Of a stretch of 64,000 nucleotides of DNA, positions 1 to 12,979 are shown in pieces. Origin of the DNA: Azolla caroliniana. Its lineage: Eukaryota > Plantae > Polypodiophyta. Under the pieces are notes generated by a model. That model did no database searches. It was not told the DNA's origin and worked only from the letters and a program-made list of their open reading frames with translations. The translations under genes were made by a program, and so were the position numbers. The first letter of the stretch is position 1, and the number at the start of each line of letters is the position of its first letter. Where the stretch lies: assembly GCA_043228905.1 (NCBI GenBank), contig JBHGNT010000114.1, forward strand, positions 1 to 64,000, in the 5' to 3' direction.

Positions 1-2400
1 AAATGGATGGTAGTTGAAGGAAAAGCGTACGATGCACTTAAAATAATTTTAACACAAGCACCGGTCGTACAACCACTGGATTGCGTGAAACTGTTCCATG
101 TTTTTGTGGATGCTTCAGATATAGCAATAGGCAGCGCGTTGATGCAGCTCACGGAACCGAATTGGTACAGACTGGTCTATTACGCTAGTCGAAAACTATC
201 AACGGCCGAATGTAACTACCCCACAATAGAACGGGAAGCGTTGGGAATGATATATAACATCAATAAATTCCGCCATTATATGTTGGGGCAAAAATTTACG
301 TTTCACGTAGATCATGCGGTGTTGCTCTACCTTGTGGAGAAACAGGCGTTGACAGGTAAACTAGCTGGATGGATGTTAATGCTCCAAGAATTCGACTTCA
401 TAATTCAACATCGCCTAGGAACGCAACACGTCGTAGCAGATTTCTTGAGCAGGGTGGATAATGGGTAAACTACAAGGAAAGATGATGACGATGACTTTCC
501 CGATGTAGATGTTCTGCGGGTCGCGATGGTATCGTCACAGGAAGAGAAAATCTTCCGGATCAATGGCTAATGGAAATGACGTACTTTTTTACTACAGGAA
601 TGCCACCGCCACAATTAAGGACGGAAGAAAAGAAGCGATTGGCTGTTCGTAGCCATAACTTTTGCCTGGTTGAAGGACCACTGTATCACGAGGGCAGTGA
701 TGGAATCTGGCGACGTGGGGTACATCAGGATGAGAAGGAAGTTGTTTTGTGCGAAGCTCACTATGTGGGAGATGTTACGGCCAGAAACATATGGCAAGCC
801 GGTCTATGGCGGCCGACCACACAAATGGGCACACACCTCTATTGCAAGTAGTGTGATTTATGCCAACGATTGGGTAAGCCCACAAAGGGCACGAGAATGC
901 CACATCAACCCGTTCTTCCGCTAGATCCATTCCAGAAGTTGATGAGAAATCGTCGCAGAATTCAAATCACAATAGTGACAATGGTGAAATACGTATCACA
1001 CCCGAATAACAGAATAGACAAGATAAACAATGGTGCACAGAGATTTACGTGGAAACCCTAAAACAAGGGAAAAACCACGGGAGAACAGAATCTTCACTAT
1101 AGATAGTGGATATACAAAGCACCGAGAGAAATACAACACTCTATCGAGTGTATTAGCAGCATAGGGCTCTGTGTGTTTGCTGTTACTCACACAACTATGG
1201 TGCGGCTGACACACACACTCTCTCTCACGCCCTCCTGCACACTACAACATCGTCACATCTCAATCAACATGTTTGCCCTAGTTGCATATATACTTACGCA
1301 ACTTTCGGGTTATTTACATACGTAGCCCTCGTGGGGCGCACACTAAGACTATGTACAAATATAGTCTCCCGAGTTGGCTATTTACACGATTCCAGTTTCG
1401 GCCTCGGCCGAGTTCCTCATCAACTCGGCTCCTCTTTTCCGACTCTTTGACTGTTGAATTTCCGAACAGTCGGATCATCCTCCCACTGGAGGGACATATT
1501 CCCAACAGAAGTGGGGTCTTGATTTTGTGGGACCCATACTAGCAGCAACACGAATAGGTAATAGATATATTCTGGTAGCCACGGACTATTGCATCCAGTG
1601 GGTGGAAGCAAAGGCGCTACGGGATAACACGACAACATCTATGGCAAATTTTTTGTATGAATACATCTGGTGCCATTTTGGTTGCCCCATCGAGTTCATC
1701 AGTGATCAAGGGAGTCACTTTCTGAATTTAGTCATCCACGAGCTCACTTACCATTACCCTGTCGTCCATAAGAAAAGCACGCCGTACTATCCACAAGCAA
1801 ATGGACTAGTGGAGTCCATGAACAAAATCTTGCAAATAATACTGAAGAAGATCGTGAATGAAAATAGAACGGACTGGGACACTAAATTGCACAGCACTTT
1901 GTGGGCGTATCAGACTAGTTACAAGACTAGCATACAGTCTACGCCATTCCGGCTGGCATATGGGTTAGAAGCCGTAATGCCCGTCGAATTCTAGGTACCA
2001 TGTCTGCGGATTCAAGTGCGAGACCGCCTAGCTGAAGGCCAATCCGAGCAACTACGGTTACAACAACTCCTCGAATTAGGAGAGGCTTAGGTACGTAGTA
2101 TGGCCATACTAGAGCAGGAACATAGATGGCGTAAAGCATTCGTCGATCGACATCGAGTCACACGGGAGAAGGGCTTCGCAGTTGGAAAGGCCGTATTGGT
2201 CTTTCAAACACGCATGGGTCAAATGCCCAGAAAATTAAGATTCCGCTGAACGGGGCCGTACTGGATAGTCGAAGCAGAAAACGACACTTTTCAATTAGGC
2301 ACCTTGGCCGGAGAGGTACTTTGACAAAAAGTAAATGGGTTCCGAACCCATTCCACGCCGTGACTGCCACAACAAAGGGGCCCATACAATAATTAATAAG
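1..2400 (+). pseudogene. pol: Degenerate Ty3/gypsy (non-chromovirus, Athila/Tat-like) pol: RNase H, integrase zinc finger and integrase core
   Basis: ORF 7-468 has FHVFVDASDIAIG..YYASRKL..EREALG..VDH (RNase H). ORF 570-851 is the H2C2 region. ORF 1527-1994 has ISDQGSHF..YYPQANGLVES (DDE core). Several stops. Interrupted by a solo LTR at 940-1507. Confidence 0.95.
940..1507 (-). mobile_element. Solo LTR of the Tork-like copia family (568 bp)
   Basis: TG...CA ends and TSD GAAGT at 935-939 and 1508-1512. Removing it restores PFQKWGLDFVGP. Its end GGAGGGACATATTCCCAACA matches the LTR at 56690-57240. Confidence 0.95.
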
Positions 2401-2699
2401 CTTGGGGCCACTTATAAAATACTCTAACAGTAATCATGTATTTAACCGTTAAAAAGAAAAAGAAAAAAGAGAGAGAAGGTAGTCATGACTATTAAAAGGG
2501 ACTTTATGCATGCACAAACGTCTAGGGCAAGAACACATGGCACTACAATGCCACACAGACCAATGCACCCTAGACCACAAAAAGGGGAAAGTAGAAGGTT
2601 TTCTGCGCATTACAGACAACAAACCTCTCTTCTCTCTCTTTGCTCTTTGCTCTTCGCGCTCGCCCCGCTCTCCACAATACAATAGAGCTCACGCTCACC

Positions 2700-3823
2700 A
2701 TGACCTACAATCTTCGACTATCCTTCACGAGCCCCATCCACCCCTGATGCCGATCACTGTCTCTACAGCTCTACGCAGATGGCTCCTAGAAAAGGGGTTT
2801 GAGGGCTATATCAGGGTCGCCGAAGTGCCATCGCACCTTGAGACTCTTGACATAGCCAAGAAGTTGAATATAGACACAGTGACGAACGACACCGTTTGGA
2901 AGAAACTCGGGTTATCGGCGATAAGGGAAAAGCACTTCGACATTTCTCTTGCAGAAACACTCGGGAAATAGTTTGGAGAATATTCAATGTCAGCTAAAGC
3001 ATACAGAATGAAGGATATTCCAAATCCATTCTTTCGGGAAGTCGCTAAGTTCCTCCTATAGGTCGGGTGCGTACACGTCAATGCATACGGGATGCCTAAA
3101 CAAAAAGCAGGCATCACCATCGAGTGCCATAGAGTGGGTTGTAATCATGGGGCCAACACTTAGGGAAGGACTCTACGCGTATCAAGCTGGAAAAAAACTC
3201 CGGCCGATCATTTAACAGTACCTTACCGTACTATTTCCCCCTCGCAGACTCCCCGCCCCCACACCAAGCGAACCGACGCCTCTGCCGCGATCCGCAAAAC
3301 GACGGCTAGCAAAGTTAGCTACCACCGAATGGGAGGAAGAAGCACAACCTTCTCCTACCACCCAACGGACGACACAGAAGGAGCCACCGGCCAAAGACGC
3401 GGAGATGCAACCCTCCACAACAACATCGGATCAGGAGCCCACCGGTGACAGTCCCAGACCCAAACGACGACGATTAGACCGAAAGGACGGCCGTGGATTG
3501 GTAAAAGTTACGGCCGTCACCACCGAAACAACCGCCCCCGTAGAGCCCACTACGACACTGGAGATATTCCGCGAACCGCGACCCATCATTACGACACAAT
3601 CGTAGCGGGGCAAAGGAGTGGTTACGGCGGAAAGTGAAGTCCTGACATATTTGGACATTCCGGACATGGCACATGAGTTCAGTGCGTTATTGCAATATGG
3701 TACCACATATGAGCTCATGGAATTTCTAGTGACTCAGCAGATCAAGGTGTTGTAGCGAATGTCCGAGGAACACGCCGAGCAACAGATGGTGGAGCGCACG
3801 CTAATGCAAACAGCGGAAACCAA
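2700..3823 (+). pseudogene. Extra ORF 3' of integrase in the gypsy family (copy 1, truncated)
   Basis: RRWLLEKG..KHFDI..PFFREVAKFLL.VGCVHVNAYGMPKQKAG..PKRRRLDRKDGRGLVK, homologous to 26233-28860 and 53165-56380. Confidence 0.85.
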
Positions 3824-5340
3824 CTGTTTGTTAACAAACTGTTTTGTTCAACTTCCAGATAACTGACTAATAGTCGGTTCATAAGCTTCCACATTTGACT
3901 TTTACAATATTGCAATTATTGCAAGAAGCCTGGACACATTAAGGCTAATCGCCATGCCCTCAAGTTCAAAACTAACAAAGCTCAAAGAGCTGATCATAAG
4001 GGAAGCTAGCTAGATGAAGTCAACTTCGTCGGTTCATCTCCGTTCTGATAGTACTTGACCCGCCATTCTGACTTAGTCTGAGTTAGAAACTCGCAACACT
4101 CTGCAATAATTGCAATCGCCACAATAGAGCTTAACCTTCCGGGCTGCTCTACTCTTGTATTGCACAACTTCTGGCACATACCTGAGATGTGAAGGCCATT
4201 GATTTTAGTCAGACAAGTAGAAGAAGATAGCATCCATGCTGGTTTCTCTACGAGAGGCTGGACACTCTAAAGAGGCAACCTCCTAATTGCCCGAGGACCA
4301 AAGGTAGATTCATTGTACCCGCTATATGTCACTTTTAGAGAAGATGTCCTTTTTTGGTAGATATGCCTGTGTTGTCATTATGGCATGCCCAACTCGACTC
4401 GATTCTGCTCGACTTGGTCCATTCAAATGTCTATGGCCCAATGCCACATCAGTCTCTTAGAGGTGCATCATACGTCATTACATTGATGGAAGACGTGACC
4501 AGGAAGGTGTGAGCATACCCGACAAGGATGAAAGATCGTGTGTTCTTGATCTTCTCAGAGTTGCTCACAATGGTTGAAAACCAATCTAGTTGGAAGTTGA
4601 AATGTTGGCGATCGAACAATGGTGGAGAATTCAAACTAGACGAATTCGTTAGATTTTTCCGGTAATGCGTCATTAGATCACATCTTACAACCCCTATAGT
4701 CCGGTGCAAAATGGTGTTGCAGAAGGAATGAATGATACAATTCAAGAGTGGATTGTCGCGATGATGCAACATGCCAGACTATTGAATGGTTTGTGGGCAT
4801 AGTTGCTACTCACTATCCTGCACATAATAAATATGTCAGCAAGTAGGCCTCTAGGACTTCAAATCTCCCATGAGCTTTAGATAAGCTAGAGGCCGAATTA
4901 TGAGAAGCTGGGGATTTTCAACTGCAAAGCTGTTACACTTGTGCCAAAGGATGATTTCAGAAAGATTGAGCCCAGGTCCCGGAGATGTATTTTTCTTCAT
5001 TAAGCATCGATGGTGAGTTCGGCTATCGACTCTAGGATCTGAAAAACAAACAAGTCTTCTGAAGTTTGGACATCATTTTCAACGAGCTAGAGATGCACAA
5101 GCAAGTCGAAAAGCAAATTGAAATCAAAAGAGTTACACTTTTGGATGCTTTTCCTCCTCATCAGGGCCCTACACAACACGCGAGAGTAGTAACATGGCAA
5201 ACTGCCTCTACGGTACAAAGTACAACTGCGACCAACACTTCAATACAAGCTGACTTAGAGAGCAACTTAACTAGCGATCCATAGAGTGGATCAGTTACCC
5301 AAGAGCCTAGCATTAGTTATGATTCGGTGAGTTCAGTCAT
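3824..5340 (+). pseudogene. Highly degraded Ty1/copia fragment (integrase region recognisable)
   Basis: About 4420-5080 translates to VYGPMPHQSLRGASY..MVENQSSWKLKCWRSNNGGEF..LEPRSRRCIF-like copia integrase motifs with many stops. Boundaries approximate. Confidence 0.6.
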
Positions 5341-5605
5341 GCTACGCGATCTCAAAGACATGGGACTTAGTTGAACTGTGTAAAGGGTTTCGTATGCGGA
5401 AGCTTATAAACAAAACACAATCGGCTCAACCACAATTAGGTAAAACACAAAGAAGTAGAAAACACCTAGTCATTAGAAGTAGGTAATATGTTGCGTTTTA
5501 AGAACTGACCGTAAAAAAAAGGCAGAAAATAGGTCGTAAAATAAAAGGCGGTGCTGCATGTATCGCATGTCCAAAATTTTAGGGCTTCGAAAAATTGCCT
5601 AAATT

Positions 5606-6187
5606 TGTTAGGAATCATCCTGCCACAATCGGTTAAACATTCGTATTCGTGTGTAGAAACCAAGAACTAGTACATAGACAGAAAAATGTGAAGACACAGA
5701 GACACTAATGTTTTACGTGCAAATCCCGAAATGGGAAAAAAACCACAGGGGTCCACAAACCCCGAGAAAACAGATCACGATAGTAGAGAGGAAGTACAAA
5801 TATAGAACTCAGAAGCAATGACCTCGAGTTCTCCTTCGTCTGATTGACAACTACAAAGTTACACTCTCACGCTCTCACTCACGGTTACAAAGGCAACTAC
5901 CTCATTCTAACTTTACAGTAATAATCAACTACAACTATAAAGTTTGCCCTAGTTGCTTATAAACAAAAGCAACTTTCTGGCTATTTACAAGTATAGCCCC
6001 CAAGAGGCATTTTAGACTATTTACAATTATAGTCTTCCGATCGGTTTCGGTTTTGATTTCGATTTTAGCCTCAGCCTATCGGTCTTGGCCGAATTACCCT
6101 TGTGTCCTCGATTTCGGTTTCGGCCGAGGCCGATAACTCACCAAATCGGTTCTTCTCTTCCCATTTGGAGGGACCTGTTTCCCAACA
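5606..6187 (-). mobile_element. Solo LTR of the Tork-like copia family (582 bp)
   Basis: TGTTAG...CCCAACA ends. Flanks AAATT/TAATT (4/5 TSD). Shares the GGAGGGAC..CCCAACA end and the GTTTGCCCTAGTTGC motif with 940-1507. Confidence 0.85.
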
Positions 6188-6316
6188 TAATTGACACGCA
6201 AAAGTTATTAAAGAATGTACAAATTTTACAAAAGGACTACCACCTACATTTATACATATTTGAGAATTAGCATGTTGATGTAAAATACAATACTTACAAA
6301 TCATGTATCAGAACCA

Positions 6317-8340
6317 TCACTTCCCAAAGCTATGCCCATTCGATGAACTAGGAGGGCTTTGTGAGGTCTCATCCTCATCATCACTAGCAACTAACACATT
6401 GTCTTCATCTAGTTGCAATCCAATGTCACCGTGATTATGAGACATACTCCTTGTTCGTCTTTTTGTTGCATCGGGAGGAAGATCTGGGATCTTCTCTTTT
6501 ATTATCTTGATTGTGGTTGATCTTAGATGGCCTGTTTTGGTCAAGGTGAAGTCACACTAGAATGTCTACATTATCAAGAGTCGGAGTTGACGTGCTCGGT
6601 ATATTTTTTCTTTTTCAGATTTCTACGTGTGCCTTCAACATCCTTAACCATCTCTAAATAGTACTTCCCAGTAAATGCATCTAAGGAAGACGTATGATAC
6701 CAATGAACCTCAAAATGGAGATAACTTGATTGCCTTGTTTATCCTTAATAATTTCAGTGTTTTTACCAATTCAAAAGGGATGGCCGAACTCATCACCCCT
6801 AGCTAATGTTGCAACCAACATACCAACTTGTAGCTCATGCAGATTGCCTTGTCATCTCACCTCTACAACACACAATACTCTTGGCCCCACATAAATATCT
6901 CTCTATTGTGGACGAACTAGATTATTCAGGTTAGGATTATCTACTCATTGCACACTAGTCGTGGTCACCATTGATTGGCCATCAATATTCCATTTGAATT
7001 GATTTTTGAGTGGCTCGTAACCGGCAAAGTGGCTAACTAAAATTGTATGTTGATGGTTATAGAAGTTTACCCACCATTCAACATCCTGATCACCAACATA
7101 CTTCTTGGTGCGCTCAATAATTTTCTATTTCTCTTAAAGGCACTGCATCCAATGTATCTTTTTCTCTTCAATCAAACTACCTCGAGCCAATATTTTATAT
7201 TCATATGGCATTTGTTGTGCACCATGGAGTACCGCATCTAGAAAATGCAATAGAAGCCTACATCCCTCTTGGGGCTCCCATTGTGAACTAGATGAGTATT
7301 GTTTGGCATACAACAATGTCTGGTTGTGGTCTATAGAACTTCTTTCTATGAGAAAGACGTGGTTAAAAATTATATTATTAACTAGGGCAAGAACCCTGCG
7401 TAGAGTCCCATTACCATCCATGCAGAAGCGTTTAAAATCATAAACTTCATCCAAATGTTGTACTTTTGGCTTTAGGGTATGACTTCAGTGATCAACTTTG
7501 ACAGCATAGGAAGTGTGAAAGCATCACATCTTGCTAATTTCTTCAAGAACCTACTAAACATTTGATCTATATGATCATGTGTGTGACCTACTAGTAAGAC
7601 GTTCACCTTAATCTTTTTGAATATACCCCTTTCTACTAGCATGCTTAAATAACCGAACACAGTCGAGTTTTTGTTTTCTCTTTCCATGTTGTCTAATTGC
7701 ACGATAGTACTGGTAGGAGAATACCTTGCCAAGACTGTAAAACTCTCTACATTGGCTGTTACTCTAAGATTAGGGTCGTTGTGGATATTAGGATAAGTTA
7801 GGAAAACTTAAGGCCTTATTGTGTGACAATATGACAGACAACCTACTAACTGCATCTGAACTAGGCATTCATCTCCAATATCATTTGGCAACCTTCGAAA
7901 ATGTGGCAAACAAGTTTTTTCTGATCCATCCCATCCATAAACAAGCACATCTACCTTTCCGGTGATTGAAGCGGTTTTTGTCGGTGCTGCATAGCTTTAG
8001 ATCTTTCCAACGCTCGACTTTCTCGATGTTCTTTTAATAAGTTCTTATAATTCTTTATTTCTTCATCTGTTCTCCCACTCTTTCCCATGTTTTTTAAACT
8101 TGCACATATAGAACAAACACCCATTCAGACCTTATGCGGTATGACCACATTGTTAAACTGCAACCTCCATAATCGATTGAAATGTCAATATTGTATATAA
8201 GGTACACTTTCTAATAGCATGTTATCTTTATACGCTTGGTAAACCTCACGACGAGTGAAGTTATCTGACAAATGTAATCTTCTAATTGTGGGCATAATAT
8301 CACATTGCTTTGAGAAATATATCTCCATCCACCTACTGGC
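6317..8340 (-). pseudogene. Degenerate DDD-type DNA transposase, GHTH type (Sola1-like / DUF7869-like), 5' end lost
   Basis: Minus-strand motifs FMDGMDQ (~7920-7945), QLDNMERENKN and LLVGHTHDHIDQMFS (ORF 7472-7732), plus a CSIC stretch upstream. Fragmented by stops and frameshifts. Superfamily assigned from remembered motifs only. Confidence 0.7.
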
Positions 8341-10413
8341 ATTTTCAACCCATGCTTCGGCTGTCTGCCGTATCTCATCTTGCGCAACCCAATCAAAATT
8401 TTTGTTTGTTGTGGTGTCGTGATTTGCTGTACTTTCGCTGTAATCGTATTGACGGTGGGCCCCTTGCCCTTGCGTACTGGGCATTGTGTGGCATAATGTC
8501 TGGGCTGTTGACAAACGAAACAATGGATGCTAGATTCGCCCTTCTCGGCCCTTGGTGGTGTGTGCCGATCCCCAGGTGTGACTTGCTCCTCCCAGTCCTG
8601 ATTCGTTCATCGGAGCGTACACGGTGGTTGTTGTTGGTCCCGGCGCGGTTCCTAGTGTCGGTCATCATCTGAACTTTCGTCGTACCGCCGTTGGTCCCAA
8701 TAGTGATGATGCTTTCCACGAGGCCCATTAAAGCCACCACGTTTGTTCGTCAGACGGTAATTCTCATAGAGTCGACCCCCTTTAGTATTTCTATGGTTGC
8801 CATGGTAGTCTTCATCCTCCGGCTCGTCTTCCTTGAAATCGTTGTGATTCCGGCAATTCCGGTAGTGCCGGTCATCGCGTGGGTTCCAATCCATATACCG
8901 TGGTCGTTCTTCTTGCCGCCTTTGTTCATTATGGCGTGGGGGATGCTGTGTTTCCACACTGCGTACTGTGGCTGTGGATCTGTTCAACATATTGTACTCG
9001 CACTACTCAACTGTGTGAGCTTTCGAGTGACAGATTGGACAATGGATTCACATGTTGCATTCAACTGCGGAATGCCCTGAATTCAAGCAAATTGTGCACT
9101 AGATTGCTTGGCGAAAATGTCATTCCTCGTCCTGAGGTAACGCTTGTCGTAATGAGGACATGGAAAACTTTTCCTCCTCTTCGTCCAACTCGAGCTGTAG
9201 CGCTCTTTCTATGACCATATCGGTCGTTTCCCCTTTCACGCTATTGTTGTTGAGCGTTGTTCGTATGGGTCGTCGTAATGCTGCCAAAAATGTCTCCCTA
9301 GCCTCATCCTCTGTTGGGACCTGTTCTAATTTCCGCCATCGATTTTGAAAGCATAAACTGAAATCCGCTACCGTCTCAGTCGGCAATTGTTTAATTCTGT
9401 AAAACTGCCTCAGGATTTCGCATTGTGGCACCCTTCGATGAAAAAACCGCAGAAAGGCTGATTGCAACTGATCGAAGGTCATGATTGCTGGCAGATCCAT
9501 CTGCGAATGCCAAAACGCCGCTCTCCCATCCAAGGTTAATCCGAACTCCGTCATTTTGGATCAGTGTCATGTGGTTTGCATTCCAGACATTGAGGAATAG
9601 TTGGACGTGGGTTGCGGCGTCGGTTTTGCCGTTGATGCGGGGATAAGCAAAGGCCATGCTGGATGCTACGGCGGGCAGGGAAAGACCACAGTGTTTTTGT
9701 GGTGAGCGCGCTTCCTGCGTATCGCTGAGGTATTTGGGGAGCGAGAAATCGTCTTTGTGGTCCCGACAGGTATCACTGATGTCACTGAGGCAAGGTTTTT
9801 GCCGTGCGCATTCCTTTGCCTCGCGTGTGATCGACCTTGTGATTGGTTGGTCTTGTCGTGTTGGTTCTCTGGGGCGTTTGCGGCTAAACATCCATTCGTC
9901 GTTTTTCGTCTGTGAGAAGCCACAGATCACCATGCGTGCCAAAAGTGTTACCGATTAGGAACACGGTTTACGGTCAGTCCTTCGACCTAGACCTCAAAGT
10001 GACTGTGTGGCAACGAATGGTATCTTCTGTGTGTAATACTTAGTGGGATACCTCCCGTAACCTAGTAGCGTATAAGGGAGACGGCTACAACCGAGCTCCT
10101 TAGACAGTGGACTAGCAACCACACTGTTACTCACACCTATGCTTTTACGACTATGCTACGCCACCAAGGATCACAGACGCACAGTAGATTAACCACAGAT
10201 ACGCATAGATATCAGAGAAGATAGACCTCTATTAAGATATGCCTTTACATTCAAAATTACACACTCCCTCTATCAGAGGTTTTCTGCCCTTTATATACGC
10301 ATAGTTTTTTAGTTGTTCACACTTCCCGCGTGAACCGTTTACATGCGTTACAATATTACTCCATTCTATATTATTGCGCTCGTGTCCATTGGTTACTATT
10401 CCGGCGGACAACA
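8340..10413 (-). mobile_element. gag: Truncated gypsy element G1: 5' LTR (9946-10413), PBS and gag; the rest is deleted
   Basis: LTR TGTTACCGATTAGGAACAC...GGACAACA is homologous to the LTRs at 25696 and 40269. PBS TGGCACGC lies 4 nt inside the LTR (9934-9941). ORF 9120-9554 is a retrotransposon gag, followed by CCHC knuckles homologous to 32300-33050. Confidence 0.9.
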
Positions 10414-11329
10414 GTCAACATTCTGACCAACTTCGCAGAATCTAGTATGGGGCAAACTGTGGTGGACCACCACAATCCGGCTATTAAGGTGGTCCTGCAA
10501 GGGGAGGAAATTTCCGAATGTATAGTTGATGGGGGTTCCGGGGTTAATGTCATCAGGAAGGCGACTTGCAACCACCTGGACATTCTAGTTTCACATGGCG
10601 GATACACGATCCATCCGTCCCTTAGGGTTGGTCCGGAAGCTAAAAATCGTGATCAGTGGTCACGTCTTTGAAATCGGTCATAATATTTGCCCTTGATGCC
10701 CCTGATGCGTAGCCCCTCGTGCTAGGCCGCCCATGGCTACGTTCCTCTAACATCAAGCAAAACTGGCAGCATAACAACATTAGTTTTCGACGAGGCCAAG
10801 CCAAAGTTCGGGTTCTGACAAAAGAAATCGCATCAGCCACAAAAGCTATGACTCCACTATACGCGGAAGATGTTCACATGCTGGAAGAACTAGACGATGA
10901 TTAACTTGACGAGTATCTTCAGGAGAATCTGTGAATAATACCACTATTCGAAATTGACGTCATCGAAATAGCCAACAAGTACATTGCATCAGCCACACCA
11001 AATGTTGACAACTGCGAGCCTGACATAGAAGCACTGGTGGAAGTCCAAAGGGGGCGCGACGCGTTCGATCGAGAAACGGAAATCTCTCGACGCGTCACAA
11101 CATTGGCCATGGAAGAAATTAATGTTGGGGCAGCCAAGGCACCACGACCTCTGTCTATAGCGAAAGAACTACCGCCCTCCCAAAAGGTAGCTATGATCGA
11201 CCTCCTACAAGAATATAAAGATTTGTTTGGATGGTCACACGAGGATAGGATAACATTAGATTAATCTAGCGATGGTCGCCAAAACTATTTCAACAATGGT
11301 GCTACTGCATGAACTTGAATTACACGGCA
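10414..11329 (+). pseudogene. pol: Host gypsy H, part 1: aspartic protease and RT N-terminus
   Basis: VVDHHNPAIKV..CIVDGGSGVNVI..LGRPWL. Ends QQWCYCMNLNYTA at 11329, where the Sola-like element begins. Confidence 0.9.
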
Positions 11330-12886
11330 GGGTCGAGGCATGCTACAGTGTACCAAAAAAGTACTAAGTAATTCTAAATAAGATTTTTAAAAAATCAAAA
11401 AAGTTTATAATCTTTTTAGGGAGTGGGGTGGGGGTAGTACACATTGCATTTAATGGGGGGAGATAGTTGTTGCGTATTTAAGAGTCAAGACTGATTTGGA
11501 GGCTATTTCCCCCTCACTTTTTATTTAACACACCACATTAATTGAATTTGGCGCTTCTCACCATTTTGGCGCATCCCCTTCCTCTTTCCAACCGAGCCCA
11601 TCTCAGATTCACTGTTTGTCCTTCTCTGCATCTTAGGTATTCACAGCACACGAATGTCCCCAAGATTTGGGATCTTGTTGTTCCTTATCTACGAATCAAA
11701 CCTACGTGAAAATGATCAAGCGTTCTTTATGTCACATATCTGAGCCATTTTCGCCTTTCGTCGGTTTGTCTTCTCCTTCCCTCAGTATGTCGTCTCCTTC
11801 CCTCGGTATATCTTCTCCTTCTGTCAGTATGTCTACAGAACTGTTTTTTAAGCGTTGGTTATTTCAAAACTGTTTTTTAAGCTTTAATATTTATTGTTTA
11901 TCCTTTCAAATGGACACTTTAAGATTTATTTATGCTGAAACGATTATGCCTTCATCAACATCATGATTATTATTGTCATTATCATCTCCATCTACTTGTT
12001 CATTTTTACCATATTACATTGAGCATATTGTTATTTGTACTATTTCCCGATCTTAATAGAATGATAATCTTAGTACTGTATTGTTTTGTTTTGTTAAAGG
12101 AATATATGTGTGTAGTATTATCATACATGTTTATTCGAAAACGGGTTGATGTGGTTTGCATTGACATATTAAGTACGTTTATTCTACGATGTATTAAGAA
12201 TTTATTTTGATTAATTAGGTACTGAAATAAAAAGAAATTAGGTGCAGGAATACATGAGAGTGGCAATGGTAGATGTCAAGGAGAGTGAGTTGTCATCTAG
12301 CAATTCTATGTCTAAGAGGAGCAAGAGACGGGTGGTTCTTCACATAGTTCGTTATTTACTAGAAGTAATTGAGAGATATACCAAGGAAGATCGTAGGGAT
12401 ATTATCTCTAGAGTGTTACACCATCAGCTTTTGAATGAGTGCATGGAGAATATTAAGTTTAGGGACCAATGTGTTTCAGAGGAGATTGTAGAGTCTATGA
12501 AGTCATCGCTATAGTTAGTGAAAGGGGTAGAGAGCATAGATAAGCTTGGTGCAAAGAGAGAAGCCGTTCACATTGTTGTAAATGGTACAAGAAAAAAAAA
12601 AAAATGATACTAAAGTTGCCTTAGCCCTTAGTATTCAAAGAAGAAACTTGAGGAAGCATCAGACAAATATATAGTCAAATCAATTTAAGTGGTTGGACGA
12701 TGATGTGATGCTTTGTCTCATGAGATTATTGAGAAAGTGGATTGCTTTTGAACAAAAAACACTCGTGTCTCACCGAATAAAAAAGATGTATGTAGACAAC
12801 GTATAGGTCGGGGTAGGTACCAGATTCACCCAAGAAACTTCTTGGAGATGACTGAGGTAATTCTTTTGTATTTATCTATTTGTTTC

Positions 12887-12944
12887 TGTAAAGAATCAAG
12901 AGATGGATTCTTGTGAAGCAGAAGAGATGTGACTTATGTGTGTG

Positions 12945-12979
<35 letters not shown>

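Noticed and set aside
8185-8523. 112-aa ORF as a single gene
   Set aside because: Spans the deletion junction between gypsy gag and the GHTH-type transposase.
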